A stretch of DNA of 64,000 nt from Neodothiora populina. Taxonomy: Eukaryota. The notes beneath the pieces were generated by a model. It was not told the DNA's origin. It was given only the letters and a program-made list of their open reading frames with translations, and made no database searches. The stretch covers positions 2,418,001 through 2,482,000 of the forward strand of contig NW_027191404.1 of assembly GCF_041146345.1 (NCBI RefSeq). Reading direction: 5' to 3'. Below, one piece after another: positions 1 to 12,083 of this stretch; within the stretch, counting starts at the first letter, position 1, and every line of letters begins with the position of its first letter. A program made the position numbers and the translations under genes.

Positions 1-764
1 ATAGAAGCCTTGCGTCAGACAACTGCTGAGAACCCAATCAACGAAAGGGGATGAGAAAGATGACGAGTAATGATTCAGAGGTCAACGCAGTGATGTCAAA
101 TATTGTATATCTCAATTGAGGCAAGGTACAGGTAACTCTGCGGTGATGTAGGGCAAGGGCTATAGGGCACCTTCCCTCCCGAGCCTCCCAAGTGTCTGTA
201 CCTTCCGATTACCTTACCATTAAAGCCACGACGTTGACGCAACCCAACCGGCCCGCTTCGGCTTCCGGGCATCAACGCCAAGATTTCGGGGGCACATCCA
301 GGCTTTCGACATGAGGAAATGCTTCTGACATGGCTTGGCGCAAATTACACTTGTTGATATTGGGAACAGCATATTGCTGCCGTGATATTCTACTCAACCT
401 ATCAGGCGCTTGTTCAGATATAGAGAGTAGTCCGCAAACCATGAAACAGCCTGCAGCTCAATGGGATCGAGGAAATGGTCATTTTTGGTCGCTCCGGTGA
501 CCTTGCTTCTAGTAGAATCCTTTGTGGGAAAAAAACCTCAACATAGAAAGACGCCCCAACGCTTGATGACCATCGTGAATCTCTCTTCTTGCTATCGCCG
601 AGAGCCTGTTTGTCATGAGCGCTGCATCTTTTCGTGGCCCTTGCAAGGCTAGCACCTGCACGCAAAACTGCATATAGTGGTGGACAGCGAGTCGCCTGCT
701 CATCACGGCGCTCGACACGGTCCTTGCCCATGCCACAGAAAACCGCCGAAGACGAAAACCACGC

Positions 765-1422
765 TCAAATGTCATCAATGTCGACGTCGTCTCCGCTGTC
801 GTCTGAGTCGTCCTCTCCGAATTCCAGACCCATCTCCTCTTGCTCGCCACCGTACGTGTCCGTCTCGTTGATCTTGGCCGTCTCGGGCAGCTCGCCGTAA
901 GCCTTGAGACTACGTGCCTCGTCGGCGCTGTACTTGAGGATGACGTCGCCCTTCTCGTCTTGGTAGTCTCGGAGCGAGAGGAGAATGATGTCGCCTTGGT
1001 TGATCCAGACCTTCTTTCTGAGCTTGCCGCGGATATGTGCTAGTCGCTTTGCGCCGTCGAAGCAGAGGGCCTCCAGTCTTCCGTTACCCAGCATCTTGAC
1101 GACCTGTGCGTACTCTGTAGGCCGTTTGAATTAGTCGCTTATGTGATTCAGGAGCGCTGCATGTAACGACCGCTGGGCCGTCGACAGGCTGGAGAGGTGA
1201 TGCGTACCTTGTCCCTCCTCCTTGAAGGTGAGTTCACGCTTCTCATTGTCGTTCTCGTTCTTTCCTCTTCTCCTGTTCTTTCCTCCCTGTTGTCACCCGT
1301 CGAGTCAGCGCACAAGTCCCCTGGCCAAAAAGTAGACAATAACTTGGTGGGCGAGGGATATGATGGAAGTGATATGATGAAAGTTCTGACAGGGCGCTTA
1401 CCTTTCCCTTGTTCTTAGGCAT
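765..1422 (-). CDS. TIF11: Eukaryotic translation initiation factor 1A (149 aa, 3 exons: 1422-1402, 1286-1208, 1114-765)
   Basis: The spliced product reads [54 protein letters not shown]...[27 protein letters not shown]... with an acidic tail. Donors are GTAAGC and GTACGC, acceptors are CAG, and the exon sum is 450 nt. Confidence 0.97.
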
Positions 1423-1731
1423 GGCGACGGTCGCTCTGTCTGCTTAGTCCAATAGCGTGCGGCTCCGTTGCCTTTGACGACGAGTGTCTCTGTTTGCAAA
1501 AGATGTGTTTTTGCGGTGTGCAGTTGCGAAAAGAGAGTGAGGGGCGCTGTTGTAGATGCACAGATGACTCTGCCCAGGTGCGTCAGGGTGGGGTTTCACT
1601 GTCATTGGGCAAAAAGTTCCGCCAAGACATGTCCCGTCTTTGTCTTTATTCGCCGCCTTTGACCTCTCCGACTTCAAGCTTGTCATACATGACAATATAT
1701 CATTCATCGAGCTGTTGGCTCAATCCGCGCA

Positions 1732-2319
1732 ATGTCGAGACCTTTTGTCAGGAAATCCCTCAGTATACCAGGCCATCTCTTGCCTCACTTCTCTATGCGG
1801 TTTGAACCTTCCCCGAAAGCCATGAACTGCACCACCCTGCCAGTGACCGTAAACATCTTACATGAACCCACACATCCCTTTTATATTCCCATCCAGCGTC
1901 GTTATGCTGCATGGGACCCGGAAAAGTTTTATTGGGTGATCAGATGTCCCGCCTCTTTGTCCAAAAAGCGCACTGTCCGTACCTGGGCTATGAAAAGGGT
2001 TCGAGAAGCCTTTCTCTCGGAGCTGAAGCGTAACGGATTCGATCGCTTAGGCACGCGCATGCAAGCTGCACATGACGATGCCGGAGCTGGCATCAACACT
2101 GTTGATCAACTCAAGGGTGCTATGTGTCTCTTCATTCGTGATACTGCAGTGACCGCTCCTATCGAGGAGATCAGGCGGCATTGCGGCATCATCATGGAGA
2201 AACTTCTCACTTCTCAGTCGCCGCGCCCGTCTGGTTCTCTGAAGAAAAGATCGCGCAACGATCCACCACGTTCGAGTCCGGTTTCTGTACCTTGGGCTCA
2301 GAGACAGCCCCATGAGTGA
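1732..2319 (+). CDS. Conserved-looking hypothetical protein (195 aa), RnpA (RNase P protein)-like, possibly mitochondrion-targeted
   Basis: Intronless ATG ORF divergent from eIF1A (about 310 bp apart). Basic, acid-free N-terminus. Motif order FYWVIRC-PASL-SKKRTVRTWAMKRVREAF...GAMCLFIR-DTAVTAPIEEIRRHCGIIMEKL resembles RnpA. The CDS is likely real; the function is inferred. Confidence 0.7.
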   Translation: MSRPFVRKSLSIPGHLLPHFSMRFEPSPKAMNCTTLPVTVNILHEPTHPFYIPIQRRYAAWDPEKFYWVIRCPASLSKKRTVRTWAMKRVREAFLSELKRNGFDRLGTRMQAAHDDAGAGINTVDQLKGAMCLFIRDTAVTAPIEEIRRHCGIIMEKLLTSQSPRPSGSLKKRSRNDPPRSSPVSVPWAQRQPHE

Positions 2320-2399
2320 GCACAAAGTCTGTCGGAGCAAGTTGACCTATCCTGATGGCATGCGCCGAAGCTGAGCTCACTTGAGCGCAAGCTCTGATG

Positions 2400-4450
2400 A
2401 TCTGCGACGTACCCACTCGTGTCGAGTCTTCGGCTGAAATGCTGGGATTTCGTACGCCTCTTGTTCCAAACCTTGAGTGCTCTGAAGTTTCGAGCTTTGA
2501 GCTGTGTAGGTGCATGCCACTATAAGCACGTTCCCTTGATCGAACAAGATACGGGGGACTTTCACCAGACCATACTTCTGCTTCTGCTCAACAGTATCTC
2601 TCCAGATTGTAAGACATCTCCTCTCACTTTCAAAATGCTCAGAGAACACATTTTGTATGACCAGAAAGTTCTACAAGATATTGTAGTCTCTCTAGTTAGT
2701 ACGTGCTCAATAGAGTACGAAATGAGTACATCGAGGACTTGCCGGGATTGCATATGTGAACTCATAAACTTCTTATGCTTCCCTTGACAGGTCTCTCGCT
2801 TGACCAGTCATGGCTCTGCCCGTCTCTTCTTCTTGAGTGCTTCAAAGCCAGTCGCCTTCTCCAGTATATTTCAGAGGAGTATGCAGCTCTGTCAAAAGCA
2901 CTACAATTACGATAAGAGACATCAGTTGGTCGCCGACTTGCCCAATCGAGCTACATTTCTTGGGACGACGTCGCTCCTCTCCAGCGAACACCAGTATTCG
3001 GCCTTTGCTTTGGCTCAACTGGCGTAGACAAGGCCGCAGACAAGAAGGCAAGAGCTTCTTCAGGTTGGAGAGCAAATACCAGGCGTCGATCACGCCAAAA
3101 CGAATGATTCTACGTGGCATCTTGTCTTTCTGATCTTCGTATACAGAACAAGTCGTTTCTTGACAGTATGTCAACGGAGCCCACGACGACGGAGCTCGTT
3201 CCTTTGGTTCATTGGTAGCGTTCCATCAGAAGTCATGAATGGACTCTGTAGACTGTCCACTTAGACCGATACCACCGCAGACTTGGAGGACCTGCCTGTC
3301 TTTCCAGTCTAGCCCCAACGTGCCGTACCCAACGACACAAGCTCCTTGGATAAGATCGATGCATCAGTATCATGAGAGAAAAAGGGAAAGCAGACGTAGA
3401 CGATATGCCCGGAATGTCTCTCGTATAAACTTCTCGCAAAAGAGGCGTCAACAATATGTATCTCGAGAAAAGTATCAAGGAACTGGGCTACACTTTTCTA
3501 CGACATGCAATCTGTTGTTGTTATAATGCTTCTAAGGAGAAAGCCCTGGATCACAAGAGACAGCACGCCAGACCAATTCCAGGGACTCGCGCGAAAGCCA
3601 CCGCTCGACTATGCTTCGATCCTATCCAGGAGAAGAATCACTCGAGGACAGCTGCACGCCGAGTAATCCCACCACCACTACTTACTGTCATTCCCACTGC
3701 CAGGTTTGCAAGCCATTGCTCGTTCACAACTACGACGAATGGCAACAGAGACAGAAGAACATGGTGAAGTAGACTATCGCATCCATGCAAGAAATACCCG
3801 CGAGAACGACGAGGACGGTCCCACAGGCGATCTTCCACCGGAGACTGGCCAGGGGATGCTCATCAAGCATAACAGCGATGAGATGTCATTACTTTCTAGT
3901 CCGCACCCGCACAAGAACGAGATACTACCGCGTCAACTTGCCGAAGTGCTTGACACGGGAGTTCTATCTATACTACAATCGCTTTACGAAAAGACGGAAC
4001 AGAGGTCTAAGCATCTTGCATCTCTCTCAACCTACATCTTAGAAATATACATAAAACGGTCTCAAATCGAGACTCCACCAAGATTAATCATACCCTTCTC
4101 TAACGGATATGTATGTACCTTGTTTCCCACAACCAATGCAACAGAGGGATCCCTTCATGTTCTCGCGTATAATTATCAGCAGTGACAAGCAGAAGATTGT
4201 GGTTGATATATACGCCATGTTAGACTTTTGCCGTAAGGTTTTTCCTTTTGGACAGGGTATGTGTGTACGTGTGACTACGAGTAAGCAGGTGCTACCAACG
4301 ATCAAGGATGCGAGAACTCTGGGGATATTGGGGTGCTGATACAATACATGAGATATCACTTGCTTCTACTGATCGGAGTTGATAGGGACTCTGAAGGAAT
4401 CAGGCTATTCGATCAAAAAAGTCGTGATGATGATAGTCCCAATTGTCGAG
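2400..4450 (+). pseudogene. Possible decayed gene remnant (chain of short protein-like ORFs in shifting frames)
   Basis: About 2.3 kb between two convergent genes in otherwise compact DNA. Successive + strand fragments (2419-2787, 2800-3027, 3456-3767, 3706-4185, 4109-4339) have protein-like composition but are broken by stops and frame changes. No family recognised. Confidence 0.25.
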
Positions 4451-4724
4451 TGACGAGCCTCGGACACGAGCGCATAAGTGCTTGAGATTTGTAGTCTTCC
4501 TCTCACGTGCAAAGAGAGGTTCCGAAGCATAAGGATCAGGTGGTCTTGTGATATTGTAATTCACGCTTTGTGTGTTCGTTGATCTATGTAGCTATAGGCA
4601 ATCTAAACCTATCGAAGCCTCTGAATCACCCTGCTCCCTTTCCTTGCCCTCAGTCAGACGCGTGAAGATCATGCAAGTGTGAACCGAGAAGGCTACGGCG
4701 ACAGTACGATCCCGTCTTCGCGGC

Positions 4725-6725
4725 TCACGATGTCCTGAGTCGTTTCTCGGGTCTTTCCTGCTTGGACTCTTCGCTGACTCTTGCTCCTCTCCATTGGGGA
4801 ACGTCCTTGAAGTCATGAACATCTGTGTCTGTGGATAGCACGACAATGTTATTGTCGTGGGACTTTGATCCGCGCTGCTCTGCTTCCATGGTCTCTTCCC
4901 ATGGATGAGGTTGGCGCTTGAGGGAGAAGTAGAAGCCTTTTGATGGAGGCTTCGTGGGCTTCTTTTGCTTCTTGTCTTCGCCTGCGGACTTCGAATCCGC
5001 CTTGGATGCCGAGACATCGTCCTTGTCTTCTTTGTCGTTACTGACGCTCTTTGAGAGATTTTTCTCGATGGCTTTGGCGTTTCGCTCTCTTGTCGTCGAG
5101 GAGAAGAAGCTGCGGGACCACCATGACGTCTTTTCCTCATCTTTACCCTCACTCTTTTCCTCCTTGGCGTCTTTGGTGTCGACCTCCTCATCGGATTCCT
5201 CAACAGCCTCGGAGAAGGCCCAGATTTCCTTTAGCTCACCGCGTGCAACTGCGGTCAGCCAGATGCTGATCAAGACGCCCGGGACGAGGTATAGCAGTGC
5301 AGGCTGAGCGTGATGGTACGCTTGCATGATGCCAAGTGTTGTACACATACCAATCACATAGCCCACAATGGAAGCGTAGAAGTATGGCTTACTGAACGTA
5401 GGTATGATAGGACGGGCTGATTCTGACGAAGCTTGACTCGCAGATCTGGCAGGCAGCATCGATCGACCCATCCAGGACGTCGACCAGAATCTATTTCCCC
5501 ATTGGCCAGTGACAGGTAGGTATTTCGCCTTATGTATAGGCTTTTCACTCGCTTGGGAGTGTGTATCCACTTGGTCGGCATCGTGATCGACCAGGCGAGA
5601 GTTCTTCTGCTTGCCTTGCAACTTGAGGTAATGCATGTACAAGTCGAACCGTAAAGCGAGTCCGATGACTATTCCTGGAAGCACGATATCTCCCAGGCCA
5701 AGCATTGCCAATTTCCGGACAGTGTCACCTTCTTCGGCAGGTCTTGGAAACAGTAGTTTGATGGGAACATCCAGCTTTGTCGCCACCGTGACCATCATGG
5801 GAGTAAAGAAGACAAAATAGATATCATAGAAGAACAAGGCGATCAGGATCAATGATCCGGTTCCAAATGTTGTGGGAGACATGAGCTGGAGTGCGCTGTA
5901 AGAGAAGGCAAAGCCTTGCAGATTCGTGAGCCACCAGGTACTCGAGATGAAGTACGAGTATGACACTGCGGCAAACCCAACAAGTGTACAAAGAATGGTG
6001 CGGATCGTGAGGTTGACCTTGAGCGAGCCGATCTTAGGGACACGAGCGCGTAGGCGATACTTCGTGCTCAGTAAGTGGCGCAAAGACCATAAAAGGTTTG
6101 TCGCAGATGAGGGTAATCGCACTCGGCCAATGATGCCAGGCAAAGGTGAAGTCCTCGAGCATATCTGAGCTTGCGAAGCCTCATGGATTTCCACCATTCT
6201 CCTCCGAGAGCCCTGAGCCTTCCACACCGTGCCATCGTCGGCATAAGTGTCTGGCCAGAAGAAGGACTCTGCGACAGCGGTACCATCGTGTATCAACTTT
6301 GCAACACTGAAGATGGCGATAGCGGAAAAGTACCAGCCCAGGACTTTGTTGATTATATCCGCCCCCATCCACTTGATGAGGAAGTACAATCCGGCAAGGG
6401 TAGAGCCTGCAAGAACAGGGAGAACAATAGCGTCGCTTGAACTTAGACCCTCCATCTTTTGAACCGCAGATTCATCATCGTCGTCATCATCGCTCTCATC
6501 ATCATCGTCACCTTTCTGCTTCTTCTTGCCTTTCTTGACTGGTTTAGCTGCTGTTGAAGGGCGAACCAAAGATGCATGTGCGCCAGTGAATATAGGAAAG
6601 AGGGCAGAGACAATAAGATGAAGATACATGGGAAGATAGGGTTGAATCTCTGCGAATGCATATGCGGCTTGACCCAGCATGGCAGACACGATGCCAGGGG
6701 CAGTGCTTTCCATTGTGTTGTTCAT
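4725..6725 (-). CDS. Signal peptide peptidase (presenilin-type GxGD aspartic protease, family A22B; Ypf1/SppA-like), about 666 aa
   Basis: Catalytic YD (LFFYDIYFVFFTPMMVTVA), GLGD (MLGLGDIVLPG) and QPALLYLVP motifs, plus multiple TM segments. Start taken at ATG 6725 (alternative 6713); the ORF-track start at 6800 is GTG. Confidence 0.93.
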   Translation of the reverse strand: MNNTMESTAPGIVSAMLGQAAYAFAEIQPYLPMYLHLIVSALFPIFTGAHASLVRPSTAAKPVKKGKKKQKGDDDDESDDDDDDESAVQKMEGLSSSDAIVLPVLAGSTLAGLYFLIKWMGADIINKVLGWYFSAIAIFSVAKLIHDGTAVAESFFWPDTYADDGTVWKAQGSRRRMVEIHEASQAQICSRTSPLPGIIGRVRLPSSATNLLWSLRHLLSTKYRLRARVPKIGSLKVNLTIRTILCTLVGFAAVSYSYFISSTWWLTNLQGFAFSYSALQLMSPTTFGTGSLILIALFFYDIYFVFFTPMMVTVATKLDVPIKLLFPRPAEEGDTVRKLAMLGLGDIVLPGIVIGLALRFDLYMHYLKLQGKQKNSRLVDHDADQVDTHSQASEKPIHKAKYLPVTGQWGNRFWSTSWMGRSMLPARSASQASSESARPIIPTFSKPYFYASIVGYVIGMCTTLGIMQAYHHAQPALLYLVPGVLISIWLTAVARGELKEIWAFSEAVEESDEEVDTKDAKEEKSEGKDEEKTSWWSRSFFSSTTRERNAKAIEKNLSKSVSNDKEDKDDVSASKADSKSAGEDKKQKKPTKPPSKGFYFSLKRQPHPWEETMEAEQRGSKSHDNNIVVLSTDTDVHDFKDVPQWRGARVSEESKQERPEKRLRTS

Positions 6726-7270
6726 ACTTGCCGAATGAAGGAGACCAATGTCCTTCGATTTCGAGTGTGGAAGTTTTGGCTCGATCCTTACATTGCACAA
6801 GTGTTAGAACGTGTCGATCGACAAATCTTGGTGATGAATATGTGTTGCTGTTTGCTTGAGAAAACACAGAATGTGGGGTCGGTTCGTGAAACGTGGAGCA
6901 TGTCAACGCCAAGCGGGTTTCACTTATTCTAACACATCTTTACCCATCTCTGGAAACTTTCTGGAAATGCTGAAACATTATGCATTACGAGCCAGCTGAA
7001 GGCATGTACTGTTGTATAACGAGTTGCGTTCGTAGCTTGTCGTAGGGGCGCAGTCGTTCCACGCTTAAAATTCTACTCGTTGGCTATTGCAATACTTCAT
7101 ACCTAACAAACAAAGTGGATGGAGGTGGCCATATATTCTTCCACACTCCGACAATAGATCTATAAACAAATGGCCATTTCATTCACAAGAAGACCAAAAA
7201 TTCTCCGAACGCCATGCGCCTTCGCTTCCGCCCTCTCCTTTATACATCTCGGAACCGCGACAGGTTATGA

Positions 7271-10200
7271 TCATGATGCTACCCCCACCCCCCGCCCATT
7301 ACTATGGCTGCTTTCTACCTTGGATAGGTAGGCTGCCGACGTGAAATCATGTGAGGCTTCGAAGGACGGACGACTCCGCTCATAATCCACGCTTAATCGT
7401 GGTCGCTCGAGTGGCATGTCATTCACCGCTAGGTTGGGAGTCTCCCAGTCTGTACGATTGGAAGCTTGCGGGTACGGCGGAGCAGGCTGCGGATATGGCG
7501 GTACTTGTCGTTGTCCGTACTCAAATTCATTGGATGGGCGTGATGTCACCTGGCCAACGGGCGGGAACGACATGTCATGGCCTGTATAGTCAGTTCCATC
7601 GCTGCCATTATGAGATCGAGGATTTCTCGTTGTGACAGTCGCACCGATAGACGGGGGGTAGATTGGCCGCTCTTCATCCATAGACATCATGTTTCCCGAA
7701 AGTTTGCGAGGGTCGCTTGGTTTGCTGATCTCTGAGCTGGATGCCGAGTCTAGCATCTTGTCCAAGGGCATTGCCTTGGCCTTGTGAGCTTCATTAGGAT
7801 CCACATCCTTGAGGTAGTCGAAGCGTCCTTGCCTCAGCTGTTCGCGTACAATATCGATATCGCGAGGTCTGAATATTTTCTGGAAAGCTTTAGCGCTGAA
7901 ACGAGGTAGCAGGCAGATGATGACAATCAGCAGGGTGACTGCCCAGAAGCTGAGACTGCCATAGCACTCTGCACCAGAGCCATAGAAGGTGAAAGCTCCA
8001 GTAAAGGAAGAGTATACTCCGGTCCAGAAGAAAATCAGAAGAACAGAAATTGCCGAGATGAGACACATGAACCAATCCCAGCGGTACGTGTTGAGCATGA
8101 TGTAGACATTGACCACAATGACCGTTGCATTGGCAATGTAAACACCGATGCGTTTGTAATCATTGACTGTGCGTCCGTTTTCGGTGTTGAATGTAGCTTC
8201 ACTGAAGAGCAAGTAGGGCATGAAGTAGCAAATGGCGGATTGATAGAGACCATCGAGCATGTACATCCTGAGGTATTGGTTAGCCACATAACAAGGTGAC
8301 TATGGACTTGAACAGAGGGACTCACCAGAATTTGAGTTGCGTCCATTCCTTTCGCTCGATGCCTCGTCTATAGAGCTGTGGTACAGCGAGCGAGACTTTG
8401 TCATCTACGTCTTGATCAAGGATGCCCATGAAGATGACGGGCAGCGATGTGAAAGCCAGGTTGTAGAGCAGGATGTATGTGTAATCGAAAATGTATGAAC
8501 AGTCGAAACTGGCGTAAATCTGGTACCAAAAGAGTGCAAAAGTCCAGATGATGTTCTATCAAAATTAGCATGCGTTTCGACATCTGCATTGGTGCTCTTG
8601 GCCAACATACTTTGTAGAAGAAGTTAGCAATGGTTTCCGCAAGTCTACGGTACGACCAACGGCCGTGCACAAGGACAAGACGTGTAAGGAATCTGAATTG
8701 ACCAATGGCATAGTCAGAAGACATGGCTGCTTGCCGACCTTCCTCACCCACGATACCAACACCAACGTGGGCTTCCTGGATCATAGCAACGTCATTGGCA
8801 CCGTCACCAATGGACAGGGTCATGACATCGAGACCATGTTTAACCATTCCAACGACGGCAGCCTTCTGACTAGGACTGACACGACAACAAAGGACAGATC
8901 GGCACTCCTTACAGAGCAACAAGAACTTCTGCTTGACGGCATCGTCCAGTACAAGCTTGAGGGAGTCTCCGTCAATGACGAGAGCATGAGTTGGAGCAGG
9001 TGGCTCGTGATTGTGTTTCGCAGCTTTCAATTCCTCGTTGGAGCCGGTCTTGCCGAACGTGGCAAGGTGCCTGTCCAGCTCGGCTTCCGCAGCAGCGATG
9101 CTTTCGTCTTCAAGCTTGATGATGATGAGGTCCATGTCGTTGTCAAGGAGGTTGCAAGAGAAGCCAATGTTGATAGCTGTCTCAACTTTGTCACCCGTCA
9201 GAACCCAGAGTTTTATTCCAGCTTGTGCAAGTAAAGCAATAGCATCAGGAACACCGTCCTGCAATCTGTCCTCGATAGCGGTTCCACCGATAAGCGTCAG
9301 CTCGCGCTCGATTGCATCAGACACGAGCTCAAGTTTATCCTCACGGTCTGTAATCGCAGCAGCAGCCAAATCATGCTCCTTGTTCCAGACTTGGTACTCT
9401 TGCTCGCTGAGCTCTCTCTGGGCGATGCAAAGTGTTCTCAAACCTTCACGGGCAAACATCTCGAGATGCTCGGCAGTGACCTTTCTCAGCTCGGGCTGCT
9501 CGCCAGCCTTGAGTCGAGAGTAGATAATGCTGTCGGCGCCCTTGCAGAAGAGCATAATCTTGCCATTAGGCATTCTGACGATGGCGCTCATACGCTTCCT
9601 AGAAGAGTTGAACTCTAGGATATTCAGTATCGTGTACTCGCGTTCTTCACCCATCACGTTGATGATGATTCCATCGTTGGAACGTCCGAGGACAGTGAAT
9701 CCGCAGTCTCTTGCAGTCGCTACCAAAGCAGCTTCATCGGGAGATTGAGCCTTGAACTCGATCTTTGGCGGGTCTCCAGGAGTTCGTTCGGTGACAACGG
9801 TGTGGGCAAGCGCGAGGACTAGCATGAAGTGCTCCGTGGCTTCCTGTTGTTCAGGACCTGATGCACCAGCGAGATCGGCGACATAGTCTGGAGCAACAAA
9901 GGTGACTTCGTCGTCGACAAGGTAGGGGTTGTCGTGGATGTTGCGAAGGGCCTCGATCATCTTGACTTTGTGGGCGGCTATTTGAATCCTCATTCTCGCA
10001 CCTTCTTCGTCTGTGTCGATACCTTCGCGTTTGCGCATGCCTGCTAGAGCCTCGGTGTACGCCTCGCCGTAAGGCACGCCATTGATGGTGACTTTCTTGA
10101 ACTCCATAACATTCTGGGTCAAGGTACCGGTTTTGTCGGAAAAGATGTACTCGATCTGGCCCAAGTCGTCGGAAATGTTCCAAGACTTGGGTGTGCAGGG

Positions 10201-12083
10201 GTAGTCCAATTTGTCGTAGTACATGTAGGTGTCACTGTAAATGAAGAAAGCCTGGGCTGTGCGCACAATTTCGAGGGAGATGTACAGAGAGATGGGGACC
10301 AAATTCTGGAACAGAATGATAGCTGCCCAGAAGGTGATGAGACCATTGACGCCAGGGCTGCCTCCGTAGGATCCGAATTCGTAGAAGTTCAGGGATTGGT
10401 CTCCTTCGCCCCATGTGTGTCCTTCCACCACGGCGGCGACGAGGCACATCAGGAAAAGGATGATGAAATTGTAGATGACGTTCCAATTGAGATCTTTGGA
10501 CATTCGCGCACGCTTACTAGGCGTGATTCCAGAATTGAGCATGATCTTGGTCTCCTCACCGGTGAAAACAACGACACCGAGGACCCATTCGGTGTTTCGG
10601 ATAGAGCATCCTCTGAGAAGCAAGTTGTTGATGGAAATTGGCTCAGCCATCTCCACTGGTTCCGAATTGAAATCTTTGTTGTCGGCTTGCCTCCAGCGAA
10701 CGACTCCGCTGTAGGAATACAGATTGGCGTGTGGTGGCTCACTCTCCAGAACAAACTCGGCACGCTCGCAATCGCGCGCTCGCTTGACCTTTTGACTGCA
10801 GTGAAGGGCTTGGCGCACTTTCAGGTTGGTCTCACCATCAAGGTTCTTGGTTTCGACGTAACAGGCGCCGTCTGGGTCAGATGTGGAAAGAACGACAATG
10901 TCAGCAGGAATTGCTTCCTCGTTATAGAGACGTACGAAGTCGCCGACTTGTACATTCTTCCATGTGTCTTTCTTGAAACGAGCGTTATTGGTGGGTTTGC
11001 TAGGATTGATGATGCTGCCGTAGAAACGCTTGGGAGGTGTGACGTCCTCGAACATTGGATCCTTGGGCACCTGAAGAGTGCTTCCGATGGCCAGTTCCTT
11101 TTCGTTTGCTCGGACGTGATCGAGATTGGGAGAGGGAACAGGGGTCATCTCCATTGCGCCGTCCTCTTCTCCTATGCTGCGGACTGATTGCATCGACATG
11201 CGCTGAGAAAAGGCGGATGAGCGTCTTGGGTCTACACCATCATCGAGCCCTTCGGTGCTTTTGGCTCGTGCCGCAGCAGCCTTATCCTTTTTGGAGCTTT
11301 TCATGGATTTCCACGTTGCGGCAATCATCCGACTGGTTGCCTTTTTGAACTTTCGCCATGGCGAGACGTGATCTTCAGCCGTGTTGACATTTTGCCAATT
11401 GACCAGGCGATGGGCAGGAGCGTTGTTCAGCTCAGTATCGAGAATAGTACGTCGCGTGTCTTCGATGGCATCTTTGATGGCAGTGATGACAACAATGACA
11501 ATCAAAGGCACAGCGGCAAGACCGGGATTAGACGCGCCAAAGATGGAGAAAATCTGGAGGGAAATGATCAGGAATTGCCGGACACGGCAGGACTCGACGG
11601 AAAGGACAGTGTACTTACAGAGAGGATGATGATAAATAGAAAGTAAATATTAGCAATATTATGGAATTGGAACCAGATGTTCTTGGGGACGAAACTGATG
11701 GGGGTGTATTTGGCGGTCCTGATCTTGTTGCGGACGTATTGGGTAGTGGGAAGGCCCTCTTCGTCTCGCGCATCGTCAGGCAGAGGCTGGTTGAAGAAGA
11801 CACGACGAGCGGGGCCAGTGGTGTCGCCGTCGACAGCAGGCGTCTCGTCCTCCTCGGGGATGGCAGTGGTGGCAGTCATGTCAGTGGCTCCGGACTCCCT
11901 CTTAGCATAGTCGCTGCCTTCAGCGCGGTGACGAGATGAAAGCCGCCTGAATATGGATTGACGCTTCTTCTTGCCTTGGGCACCCGTCGCTCTCTGGGTG
12001 GCCCATCGTAATCTCTTGACCGGAGCTGTGTCTAGTGGGTTGCTCGAGGCCTCACTGTCTTCCATATACGGTTGGATCGCCAT
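7271..12083 (-). CDS. DNF1: P4-type ATPase phospholipid flippase, Dnf1/Dnf2 type (about 1544 aa, 4 exons: 12083-11619, 11553-8611, 8555-8326, 8267-7271)
   Basis: Motifs NKIRTAKYTP, ETKNLDGETNLK, PISLYIS, FSDKTGTLTQN (phosphorylated Asp), CKGADS, LTGDKVETA and GDGANDVAMIQ. Introns of 65, 55 and 58 nt have GT-AG ends and branch sites and restore one frame (4635 nt). Confidence 0.95.

Noticed and set aside
4592..5203. 203-aa Arg/Ser-rich alternative-frame ORF overlapping the SPP C-terminus
   Set aside because: Off-frame reading of a K/E/S-rich low-complexity tail with a non-ATG start.
8665..11187. Long + strand ORFs (189, 170 and 263 aa) over the flippase, and similar antisense ORFs over Nic96, Atg15, GatA and GH3
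   Set aside because: These are antisense shadows caused by codon bias in strongly supported genes, with no motifs of their own.
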